A DNA stretch of 33,808 nucleotides, taken from contig LCCW01000002.1 of the NCBI GenBank assembly GCA_000998185.1, forward strand, positions 1 through 33,808, written 5' to 3'. The notes beneath the pieces were generated by a model. It saw only the letters and a list, made by a program, of their open reading frames with translations, was not told the DNA's origin and did no database searches. The stretch is from Candidatus Kuenenbacteria bacterium GW2011_GWA2_42_15 (GTDB taxonomy: Bacteria > Patescibacteriota > Patescibacteriia > UBA2196 > GWA2-42-15). This document shows positions 10,385 to 17,342 of this stretch, piece after piece; position 1 is the stretch's first letter; every line of letters begins with the position of its first letter. The translations under genes were made by a program, and so were the position numbers.

Positions 10385-11458
10385 ATGTCTAGCAGAGAGT
10401 TGTCTCTTATAAAGACCAAGGTAGCGGGTCTGCACACTAGGTTTAATTTATCTGATCCCGACTCCCGCCGGGAGTATTTTGAAGCTAAAGCTGGTTCAGA
10501 AATAAAAGAATTGAAAGAATATTTTAAAAATAATTCTTTTATTGCCTATTTGCTTGGTAAAAAAAATTCCGGTAAAGGCACTTATACCAAGTTAATGATT
10601 GAAATTTTTGGCAAAGATAAAATCGGCCATATTTCAGTCGGTGACATTGTGCGCGCCGCTTATGCTGATATAAAGGATGAAGTAAAAAAACAAGAGCTGG
10701 TTGATTATATTCACAAAAATTACCGCGGCTATATTTCAGTTGATCAAGCGCTTGACGCCTTGGTCAATAAATCACAAGACAAACTTTTACCCACTGAATT
10801 TATCCTAACATTAGTTAAAAAAGAAATTGACAAGTTAGAGCGCAGATCTTTATTTATTGATGGTTTCCCTCGTGATCTAGATCAAATTTCTTATTCTCTT
10901 TATTTCCGGGCATTGATCAATTACCGAGAAGACCCGGATGTTTTCGTCACTATTGATATTCCAGATTCAGTTATTGACGAACGGATAAAATACAGAGTGG
11001 TTTGTCCAAAATGTCAGACTCCACGTAATATCAAACTGCTAGCCACCAAGAAGGTTGGTTATGATAAAGAGAAGGATAAATATTACCTAATTTGTGACGA
11101 CCCGGATTGTGGCGGCGCCCGCATGATAGGCAAAGAGGGGGACAATCTTGGCATTGAAACTGTCCGTAAAAGACTTGAATTGGATGATGAGCTGATCAAA
11201 AAAGTTTCCTCATTGCACGGTATTCCGCAAGCGCAACTCCGCAACGCGCTTCCGGTTGATCGGGCCGCAGAGCTGGTTGACGATTACGAAATTACACCAG
11301 AATTTTATTATGAACGAGCTGCCAACAATACAGTTGTGGTTAAAGAAAAATCGTGGACAATAAAGGATAATGCCGGTGTTGAAAGTTATAGTCTGATGGC
11401 CCCAGCGGTAGTTGTTTCAATGATCAAACAGCTGGCAAATATTTTGTGTCCGAGATAA
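10385..11458 (+). CDS. Adenylate-kinase-like nucleoside monophosphate kinase with N- and C-terminal extensions
   Basis: 357 aa with a P-loop-like GKKNSGKGT, DGFPRDLDQ (compare the AK motif DGFPRT) and a four-Cys LID (CPKC...CDDPDC). It carries about 50 aa extra at the N terminus and about 100 aa extra at the C terminus. Confidence 0.6.
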   Translation: MSSRELSLIKTKVAGLHTRFNLSDPDSRREYFEAKAGSEIKELKEYFKNNSFIAYLLGKKNSGKGTYTKLMIEIFGKDKIGHISVGDIVRAAYADIKDEVKKQELVDYIHKNYRGYISVDQALDALVNKSQDKLLPTEFILTLVKKEIDKLERRSLFIDGFPRDLDQISYSLYFRALINYREDPDVFVTIDIPDSVIDERIKYRVVCPKCQTPRNIKLLATKKVGYDKEKDKYYLICDDPDCGGARMIGKEGDNLGIETVRKRLELDDELIKKVSSLHGIPQAQLRNALPVDRAAELVDDYEITPEFYYERAANNTVVVKEKSWTIKDNAGVESYSLMAPAVVVSMIKQLANILCPR

Positions 11459-11530
11459 ATTGTTCAATTTTTTGGTGCAGGATAAAATTTTATACGATGT
11501 GGATTTGAACGGCATAATGGAGTAATTTCG

Positions 11531-11601
11531 TAGGGGTTTATTAGTATAAACCCAATTATAAAAAAATCTATTATTATGGGCGTATAGCGATACGCCCCTA
11601 C
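11531..11601 (+). repeat. Double-hairpin REP-like element, copy A
   Basis: TAGGGG-TTTATTAGTATAAACCC-AATT...GGGCGTATAGCGATACGCCC-CTAC. It has two stem-loops, plus the outer TAGGGG/CCCCTA pairing. Confidence 0.7.
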
Positions 11602-11615
11602 ATTCAATAAAAAAT

Positions 11616-11640
11616 GACGGCTAACCCCCGTCTTTTTTTT
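11616..11640. terminator. Bidirectional intrinsic terminator candidate
   Basis: GACGG-ctaaccc-CCGTC is followed by T9 on the + strand and preceded by an A-run. It lies between the adk-like gene and the transposase stop. Confidence 0.5.
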
Positions 11641-11644
11641 CGTT

Positions 11645-12247
11645 TTAAAAATTTTTTGGATTATTTTCGTCTCTGACCCACGAATGCGGATTTTCCAAAA
11701 TATATTGCCGGATATTATTTAACTCGTCTTCCTCGCGCACGATATGTTCATAATAATTCCTCTGCCAAACCGGCACGCCTGGAGAATTCAGGAGGAGATT
11801 GATTTTTGTCGTGGTGGCTGATTTAAAACCGCGGATGATTGCGCCAAGATTATTTTTTGGTGACTGTAGGGGCGTATTGATATACGCCCGGTCTTCGTTT
11901 GGCGTATTGATATACGCCCGGTCTTCGTTTGGCGTATTGATATACGCCCGGTCTTCGTTTGGCGTATTGGCCCCTACAGGCCTATTTATTTTTATAATGG
12001 CATGAAAATGATTAGGCATCACGGTAAAAATATCCAGTTCGACATTTTTTCTGATGTTGGCGGTATTATTCCATTCATCAAAAACAATTCTTCCCGCGTC
12101 GTTCAATTTTATCTTGCCATTAATAATCTCGCCAAATAAGGGCTCGCGGTTGTATGTGCAAATTGTTACAAAATAATATCCATATTCGGAATAATCAAAT
12201 CCGGGTAACCTGATTGACCGGCGATTGGTGGCAAAATTTTTATTCAT
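11645..12247 (-). CDS. HUH/Y1 tyrosine transposase (RAYT/IS200-like, COG1943-type)
   Basis: 200 aa with the HUH motif (MPNHFHAII), a catalytic-Tyr region (WQRNYYEHIVRE) and the N-terminal YYFVTICTYNREPLF. An internal NTPNEDRAYI x3 repeat lies in the linker between the motifs. Confidence 0.8.
   Translation of the reverse strand: MNKNFATNRRSIRLPGFDYSEYGYYFVTICTYNREPLFGEIINGKIKLNDAGRIVFDEWNNTANIRKNVELDIFTVMPNHFHAIIKINRPVGANTPNEDRAYINTPNEDRAYINTPNEDRAYINTPLQSPKNNLGAIIRGFKSATTTKINLLLNSPGVPVWQRNYYEHIVREEDELNNIRQYILENPHSWVRDENNPKNF
11871..11970. repeat. Perfect 30-bp tandem repeat, 3.3 copies, in frame inside the transposase ORF
   Basis: The unit GGCGTATTGATATACGCCCGGTCTTCGTTT occurs at 11871, 11901 and 11931, with a partial copy at 11961. 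The array is nested between GTAGGG (11866) and CCCCTAC (11971-11977). Confidence 0.95.
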
Positions 12248-12271
12248 AAAATAATTATAACATTTTTATCG

Positions 12272-12343
12272 TTGGGGTCTATTGCCATAGACCCAATTGC
12301 AAAACAAACCCATTATGATGGGCGTATATCAATACGCCCCTAC
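12272..12343 (+). repeat. Double-hairpin REP-like element, copy B
   Basis: TTGGGG-TCTATTGCCATAGACCC-AATT...GGGCGTATATCAATACGCCC-CTAC. It has the same architecture as copy A, with compensatory changes in hairpin 1. Confidence 0.7.
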
Positions 12344-12360
12344 GATTTCATTTTTCCCAA

Positions 12361-12427
12361 ATACAAAAGCCCGTAAAGAGAATCCGCTTTTGTATTTTGC
12401 GAACCCTTTCTACGGGCTGATTTTTTG
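12361..12427. terminator. Bidirectional intrinsic terminator candidate
   Basis: GCCCGTAAAGAG (12369-12380) pairs with CTTTCTACGGGC (12406-12417). It is flanked by TTTTGTAT as read on the - strand and by TGATTTTTTGA on the + strand. Confidence 0.5.
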
Positions 12428-12429
12428 AC

Positions 12430-12905
12430 CATCGGCGTGAGTGCTGATAGTCTTTTATTTTTTTCTGAATAGCGTTATTACTCACGATGATTTATCTATT
12501 CAGGTTACGTCTTTTTCACGATTTTTATAGTCTTCCCGATTGAAATCGGGATTAGACTCGGAGTTGCTCGGTTACCGTAACTTATCCCGATTGGCTCCAA
12601 TAACGACCCTTGTTTGATTTGCGAAACGAATTTTTAACTCGTTTCCTGTAATCAATCTTTAGTAAACATTTCCTTTTACTAAAGCTGGGTCCAATTTTCA
12701 AAGAACGATTTAAAACATGGCAACGGAGCGGGGGTATCTCTTTGGGAGCACTTTACCTCACCTCGTCAGGGGGGCCGCACATCAGTAGTGCTCGCCCGCT
12801 CCGTGCCGTCTGAAAATTTTTGCCGCCGTGGGTGATTGCGACAACACTCATGAGTGTGGTTGGATTTCTCCGTGGCGTCCACACCATTTTTCGGCGGCAA
12901 AGAGA
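12430..12905 (-). other. Hairpin-dense non-coding region (candidate structured RNA or long 3' UTR)
   Basis: There is no ORF of 60 aa or more at 12248-12827. It contains a chain of near-perfect hairpins: CTGAATAG/CTATTCAG, CCCGAT/ATCGGG, GAAACGA/TCGTTTC, CTTTAGTAAA/TTTACTAAAG, GGAGCGGG/CCCGCTCC enclosing GAGCACT/AGTGCTC, and TGCCGCCG/CGGCGGCA enclosing CACACTCATGAGTGTG. Confidence 0.3.
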
Positions 12906-12909
12906 GCTA

Positions 12910-14478
12910 CTATAGCTTGGGGTCAAAATTTTGAACTACAACCTCTGGCAGATGCACCGAGTCGTAGTTCCGTGGATCCGGCATGTTCGGCGAGGTGGAC
13001 TCCCAAACCACCTCAATCACTGTGCCTTCGGGTACGGGCACAAACGATCTCGCCGTCAACCGAGTAGTTTCACCCTCACCAGTGTCGGGCGATTCCATTT
13101 GGCCAATAACCTCACTGGTGTCCATCCGGCGGATGGTACACAAGAAAGATTCGCAGGTTTGCACAGGATCCTTCTTGTTTTGACCTCGGATCTCACGCCC
13201 CCAGACAAAAATTTCACCGGCAAATAAAGTATTAAACCGCCGGCTGATTTTTTTGTTCCAGGGTTTGGTTCCCACCCAGACTTCTCCATCTAGGTCGGCG
13301 CTCAATAGGCGGGTTCGATAAAAGTTTTTGTAAACTATTACCGAATCCCTGACTACAACTGTATCACGAACGGTTATGAAAACCGTATCGTGTTTGGTTA
13401 CGGTCAGCGTATCCCACCGCACAACCACTAAAGTGTCATTCAGGACAGTGGTGTCCCGAATGACCACATAGGTGGTGTCGTTGAGCCGGAGTGTGTCCCA
13501 TCGAACAACGGTAAGACGGATGGTGTCGGGTGGTGAACTCACCACCGTAGTGTCATGGACAGTTACAGTTACAGTTTCACGCAGGGTAACTGTGTCGCGA
13601 ACAGTAACCGTAACTTGTACCGTGTCTGGGGGCTGGGGGAGAGCTTGCCATTCTGGCTGAATCACCTGCTCTCGGTCAGCTAGAATCAGCTGGCTGGGAG
13701 CAGTGTGTTTTCCGTCCGCGGCGGAGAATGACGCCCAGTAGAGCCCGTCGCGCTCTATTTTTTTCTCCACCACGGCATTACCCAACTCAAACACCTCGCC
13801 CGTATCAGCCCCGACAGGACGCAAGACGCAAGTGGCTGGTAGAGACGAGCCGAACACCAGTCGGATAATTTCGGCCGGCAAATATATGTCAATACTCACA
13901 TTCTGTTCCCCCACAAAAACAGTTTGTGAATAGGGCGCGGAGAATTTATAAGCGAAAATATAGTATAAACAATTTTTTGCCACAGGAATTTGCAGTGTTT
14001 GAGATATCACCTGTGGCCGTTGTATTGTTACCCATTCTCCTTGCCATTCCATGATTACACACGAATCCGGTGTGGCCCCAGTAAAAGTAACAAAAAGCAA
14101 CAGATCATTTTCCGGCAGGGGTTTATTTTTTTGCACCAGGCGAAAATCAACCGAGGTGGGGAAACCTGGTGCTACAACAAAAGCCTTGGTTTGGGACCAA
14201 AAACCTTTTCTTTCAGCCATGGCCACATATTGCCCAACAGGCAAAGCCACGGCGGCAGGGGGGTAGAACGGGGAAGTAGCGGGGCGGGATAGATCAACAG
14301 AGTTCCCATTGAGGGGGAACACGTCAATCTGCGTTGAATCCTGGTCACTGGAGAAAGCGACCGGTAGGACTTGTGCCGCTTGGCCGATGTCGGCTGGATT
14401 TTTGGTGCAGCTTGAAAAAATTACGGCCAAAATGACCGTAATAATAAACAATAAAATCCCCGCGATTTTATCCACCAT
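12910..14478 (-). CDS. Predicted lipoprotein with a DT-rich beta-strand repeat region
   Basis: 522 aa. It has an N-terminal hydrophobic segment ending in the lipobox-like FSSC (Cys24), an AAGGAG Shine-Dalgarno 6 nt upstream of the ATG, and repeats of (R/H/N)DT-x-x-V at aa 283-386. GC is higher than in flanking genes. Confidence 0.7.
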   Translation of the reverse strand: MVDKIAGILLFIITVILAVIFSSCTKNPADIGQAAQVLPVAFSSDQDSTQIDVFPLNGNSVDLSRPATSPFYPPAAVALPVGQYVAMAERKGFWSQTKAFVVAPGFPTSVDFRLVQKNKPLPENDLLLFVTFTGATPDSCVIMEWQGEWVTIQRPQVISQTLQIPVAKNCLYYIFAYKFSAPYSQTVFVGEQNVSIDIYLPAEIIRLVFGSSLPATCVLRPVGADTGEVFELGNAVVEKKIERDGLYWASFSAADGKHTAPSQLILADREQVIQPEWQALPQPPDTVQVTVTVRDTVTLRETVTVTVHDTTVVSSPPDTIRLTVVRWDTLRLNDTTYVVIRDTTVLNDTLVVVRWDTLTVTKHDTVFITVRDTVVVRDSVIVYKNFYRTRLLSADLDGEVWVGTKPWNKKISRRFNTLFAGEIFVWGREIRGQNKKDPVQTCESFLCTIRRMDTSEVIGQMESPDTGEGETTRLTARSFVPVPEGTVIEVVWESTSPNMPDPRNYDSVHLPEVVVQNFDPKL

Positions 14479-14488
14479 TGCTATCTCC

Positions 14489-15637
14489 TTAGAAAATCAA
14501 ATTGTACAGTTTTTTTGCCACCACACTAATATATTGCCCGGCGGTAAGGGGGTTGATCCCGCCGTACATAGAGTATGTCCACTGGTCAAACTCGGGGCCG
14601 GCGAAGACTTTATCATAGTCTCCGTATATAATGCCAGCTCCACCAGTGAACAGGTGGAATAACTCAAGCCGGGCAGATAATTCATACCCAGTGAGAGTCT
14701 CCAGTTCGCCAGCGATTAGCCCAAGGTCGGTGCGGTGGACGAGTAATTCCTCACTTGTTTCAAGCCGGCCGAACTCAACCGCAATAGCTACATCGTTTTT
14801 ATGCAGTCTGCCGTCCCCACGCTCGCGACAAGAAAAGTGGTTTTTCGGGAATTGGTGTTTATAACCAATCCCAAATCGCGAGAGCTTTTCGCGTACCGGC
14901 CCTCCAATTGGATGGTTAAAGCGACCGGACTCGCCAATTCCACCGTAAAGATAAAACGAATTATTGGTGAAAAAAAGGTGAGCCGTCGCCATTGGCACAG
15001 TGTTGGAAATCCGGCGAGAAAAAACATATCCGACACCACCTGCTACTTCAAGCGACAAGTTAGGGCTGTTAAATACCAAAGTTGTGTCGCCATTTTTTTG
15101 TTTTGGCAAGGCCAGCAGCGAGTCCAATTGCCCCCGCATTTTTTTTTGCTGACCGGCCAGGTCAGCAATTTTTTCGCAGCATGTGTCGACTGGTGGGGGT
15201 GGCACAAACACACCCACTCTTTTGGCAAAGTAAAAATCCACCCGCACAACCCGCTGTTTCCCCAAGCGGGTTTGGCCAATTTTTATCCGCGCGTCTGCCG
15301 GAAGATACGGCGAGATGCGTTCCCCGATAAAAATGGCTCGGTTCACACCCACTGAGTCATCCGCCGCTTTCCAACGGACAGACGATCGATCTCGCCAGCC
15401 AAGACTGTCATAATACCCCGTCACGACAGCTAACTTCACCTCTCTGAAGAGGTAGCCCGCGAATGAAAACGCGGACAGGGTGGAGCGGCCCGCGTCAAAT
15501 GGGCCGAACCAGAGAGTGGTATCCGGGTCCGCCCCCACGAGCTCGGTTTCCACAAAAAGTGAGTCCTGCCCAAAACTCGGCGCGGACAGGAGTGCCATCA
15601 GAGCCACGAGGGTGGTCAACAAAAGAGATTGTTTCAT
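14489..15637 (-). CDS. Secreted protein with a beta-barrel-like C-terminal half ending in aromatic Phe
   Basis: 382 aa with a Sec signal peptide (MKQSLLLTTLVALMALLSAPSFG/QD) and a GGAGGT Shine-Dalgarno 6 nt upstream of the ATG. The C-terminal half has alternating hydrophobic strands, and the terminus KLYNLIF resembles an outer-membrane-protein beta-signal. It lies 10 nt upstream of the lipoprotein gene. Confidence 0.6.
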   Translation of the reverse strand: MKQSLLLTTLVALMALLSAPSFGQDSLFVETELVGADPDTTLWFGPFDAGRSTLSAFSFAGYLFREVKLAVVTGYYDSLGWRDRSSVRWKAADDSVGVNRAIFIGERISPYLPADARIKIGQTRLGKQRVVRVDFYFAKRVGVFVPPPPVDTCCEKIADLAGQQKKMRGQLDSLLALPKQKNGDTTLVFNSPNLSLEVAGGVGYVFSRRISNTVPMATAHLFFTNNSFYLYGGIGESGRFNHPIGGPVREKLSRFGIGYKHQFPKNHFSCRERGDGRLHKNDVAIAVEFGRLETSEELLVHRTDLGLIAGELETLTGYELSARLELFHLFTGGAGIIYGDYDKVFAGPEFDQWTYSMYGGINPLTAGQYISVVAKKLYNLIF

Positions 15638-15745
15638 TGTGTAACCTCCACAGCTAAAATTTGAAAAATGAATTAAAAAAATAATCTCAATACTCGCTCC
15701 GCCGCGAAGCGGAAAATTTTTGCCCTTCTAGCTCCTTTCTAAATT

Positions 15746-15882
15746 TCTTTGGTTAAAAATTTTCTTGGTTAGTTCTCTCTGGGTCGGATATTATTCACAC
15801 AGCTACACAAGTTATAGTATCTCCATTTCCAGGCCAAAACCGCGTAAATATTATCTTCCATTCCCAAAGAGAACTAACCAAG
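15746..15882. promoter_or_regulatory. 20-bp inverted repeat (1 mismatch) with repeated CTTGGTTA half-sites, upstream of the two-gene operon
   Basis: CTTGGTTAGTTCTCTCTGGG (15764-15783) matches CCCAAAGAGAACTAACCAAG (15863-15882). An extra direct copy, TTTCTTTGGTTA, lies at 15746-15757. Confidence 0.35.
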
Positions 15883-16076
15883 TTCTTCTTTTTATTTTCT
15901 CCTAATTTGTTGTTCAATTGTCAAACAACTGGCAAATCTCTTAGCCCCACTTCTGGTTTTTTATATGCCAAAAGCAGAGCCACGAAATATTTTTGAGCTT
16001 GTATTATAGCATAAATTTTCCAATGATAGTATCATATTTATTATTTTTTGTCAATCTTTGGCTAAAATCTGCCAAA

Positions 16077-16107
16077 ATAAAATGCTCCGCTTAAGCGGAG
16101 CATTTTT
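16077..16107. terminator. Intrinsic terminator downstream of the HtrA-like gene
   Basis: AAAATGCTCCGC-ttaa-GCGGAGCATTTT is a perfect stem flanked by A and T runs, 20 nt past the stop at 16128. Confidence 0.7.
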
Positions 16108-16127
16108 AACAATTTGTTCAACTCATC

Positions 16128-17342
16128 TTACTGTTTTCCCAAAATCGCTTCCAGCACTCTTTCTTTCTCGTCTCTTATTGCTGTTATTTTTATTTTCTGC
16201 CCGGGCTTGTAGGTTTGGATTATTTCCCCAAGTGTCTTTAATCCCACGCTTTCATCCTCCACCGCGAGTATTATGTCCCCTGACTTAAAGCCCGCTTTTT
16301 CCGCCGGGCTGCCCTTGGCTACTGCTGTTTTATTTTTATATCCCGATAACAACGCCCCTCGCCCCAAAAGCTCGCCGGTTTTCAGACTTATTTTCGGGTG
16401 AGCCGAGAGACTGATGTAGCCCACTCCAAGATAGGCTCTTTCAATTTCATTTTTTTTCAAAATATTTTCCAGAATCGGTTTGGCATAATCAATCGGCACC
16501 GCCTCGCTTTGGTTGTGAACAAGCGCTACTGTTTCGCCGGCCAGGTTGATGACGGGCGCGCCAAAAAGGCTCGCGTCATAGCCCTCGCGGCAAAAAACCG
16601 CCGTGGACAGTTCCTCCGTTGATTCCACGATCGTTTCGCTCGCTCCGGTGCCGATTTTAGCTATATGCAAACTGGCCAGCTTTGATTTTGGGTAGCTCGC
16701 GATAAAGCCAAACACTTCTTGGCCCGAAGACAGTTTGTTTGTCTCGCCCAGTTTGGCCACGGGCAAATCCTTGGCCTCTATTTTTATAAAAACCAAGTCA
16801 CTGCCCGGATCTTGTAAAACCGATTTTGGTTCGTGCGCGCTAAGGTTGGCAGTCAAGACAATGTATTTTTCACCGCCGATTTTTTCCAATAACCCCTTGG
16901 TGGTGATGAGCCAGCCGTCGCTCGTTAAAATTACGCCGCTGCCGAAAGCTTCGCTTTCTTCATAAAAATAACCGCCGGCGTCGGTTGGTTTTTTATAGAA
17001 ATTAACCACCGCCTGGCTGGCTGTTTCTCCCAAGTCATTGATTCTTTCTTCAGCCGTCACCGTGATGTTTTCTTGCTTGTCTATGATTATTTTTTGCCCA
17101 TTTTTATCATCAGCCGCCGTTTTTTTAAAAAATCCTTCATAAATAAAAACAGCAGTCAGACTCAAGATTGTCGCCAAAAGGCAGCTGAGCACAACTAAAC
17201 CATAATGGTTCTTTGGCTGTTCCAGCTTGTCCGTTTCGCCTGCGTAAATTTTCGGCAACTCGTCCGCTTTAGCAGGACTATTTTGCGCACTGGATTTACT
17301 CCCCGTTTGTTTTAACGATTTTTTGGTAAATTTTTCAAGCAT
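16128..17342 (-). CDS. Membrane-anchored HtrA/DegP-like protein with PDZ domain; catalytic His and Ser apparently absent
   Basis: 404 aa with an N-terminal TM helix, a trypsin-like core (GSGVILTSDGWLITT, DLVFIKI) and a PDZ domain (GSPAEKAGFKSGDIILAV). The expected TNxHV reads TTKGL, and GNSGGP reads LFGAP. Confidence 0.75.
   Translation of the reverse strand: MLEKFTKKSLKQTGSKSSAQNSPAKADELPKIYAGETDKLEQPKNHYGLVVLSCLLATILSLTAVFIYEGFFKKTAADDKNGQKIIIDKQENITVTAEERINDLGETASQAVVNFYKKPTDAGGYFYEESEAFGSGVILTSDGWLITTKGLLEKIGGEKYIVLTANLSAHEPKSVLQDPGSDLVFIKIEAKDLPVAKLGETNKLSSGQEVFGFIASYPKSKLASLHIAKIGTGASETIVESTEELSTAVFCREGYDASLFGAPVINLAGETVALVHNQSEAVPIDYAKPILENILKKNEIERAYLGVGYISLSAHPKISLKTGELLGRGALLSGYKNKTAVAKGSPAEKAGFKSGDIILAVEDESVGLKTLGEIIQTYKPGQKIKITAIRDEKERVLEAILGKQ

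Larger units (their letters stand above)
11531..12343. mobile_element. RAYT/IS200-like unit: Y1 transposase gene bracketed by two direct copies of a ~71-nt double-hairpin element
   Basis: Copies at 11531-11601 and 12272-12343 are in the same orientation. The only gene between them is the HUH/Y1 transposase. Confidence 0.55.

Noticed and set aside
11871-11970. Possible CRISPR array, because of the regular 30-bp periodicity
   Set aside because: The units are directly abutting identical repeats with no spacers, and they lie in frame within a CDS. This is a tandem repeat, not a CRISPR array.
12755-12800. Hammerhead-ribozyme-like CUGANGA box (CTGACGA on the - strand) in the structured region
   Set aside because: I could not find a following stem II with a GAAA element or a stem III/cleavage-site arrangement. 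This is a single heptamer match only.
12430-12905. Assignment of the structured region to RNase P RNA, tmRNA, SRP RNA or 6S RNA
   Set aside because: The conserved cores are absent on both strands: GGAAAGUCC-type CR-I, the tmRNA tRNA-like ends with a tag ORF, and the SRP GGAA/AGCA domain IV. The region is left unassigned.
12430-13100. Diversity-generating retroelement hypothesis (non-coding tract next to the 3' end of a surface protein gene as a template repeat)
   Set aside because: No reverse transcriptase gene is in the window. I could not see a repeat pair between the non-coding tract and the gene's 3' end.
12828-15657. Many + strand ORFs (62-184 aa) overlapping the two - strand genes of the higher-GC patch
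   Set aside because: High GC lowers stop-codon frequency on the antisense strand. The - strand ORFs have signal peptides, SD sites and a coherent operon layout. The + strand ones have none of these.
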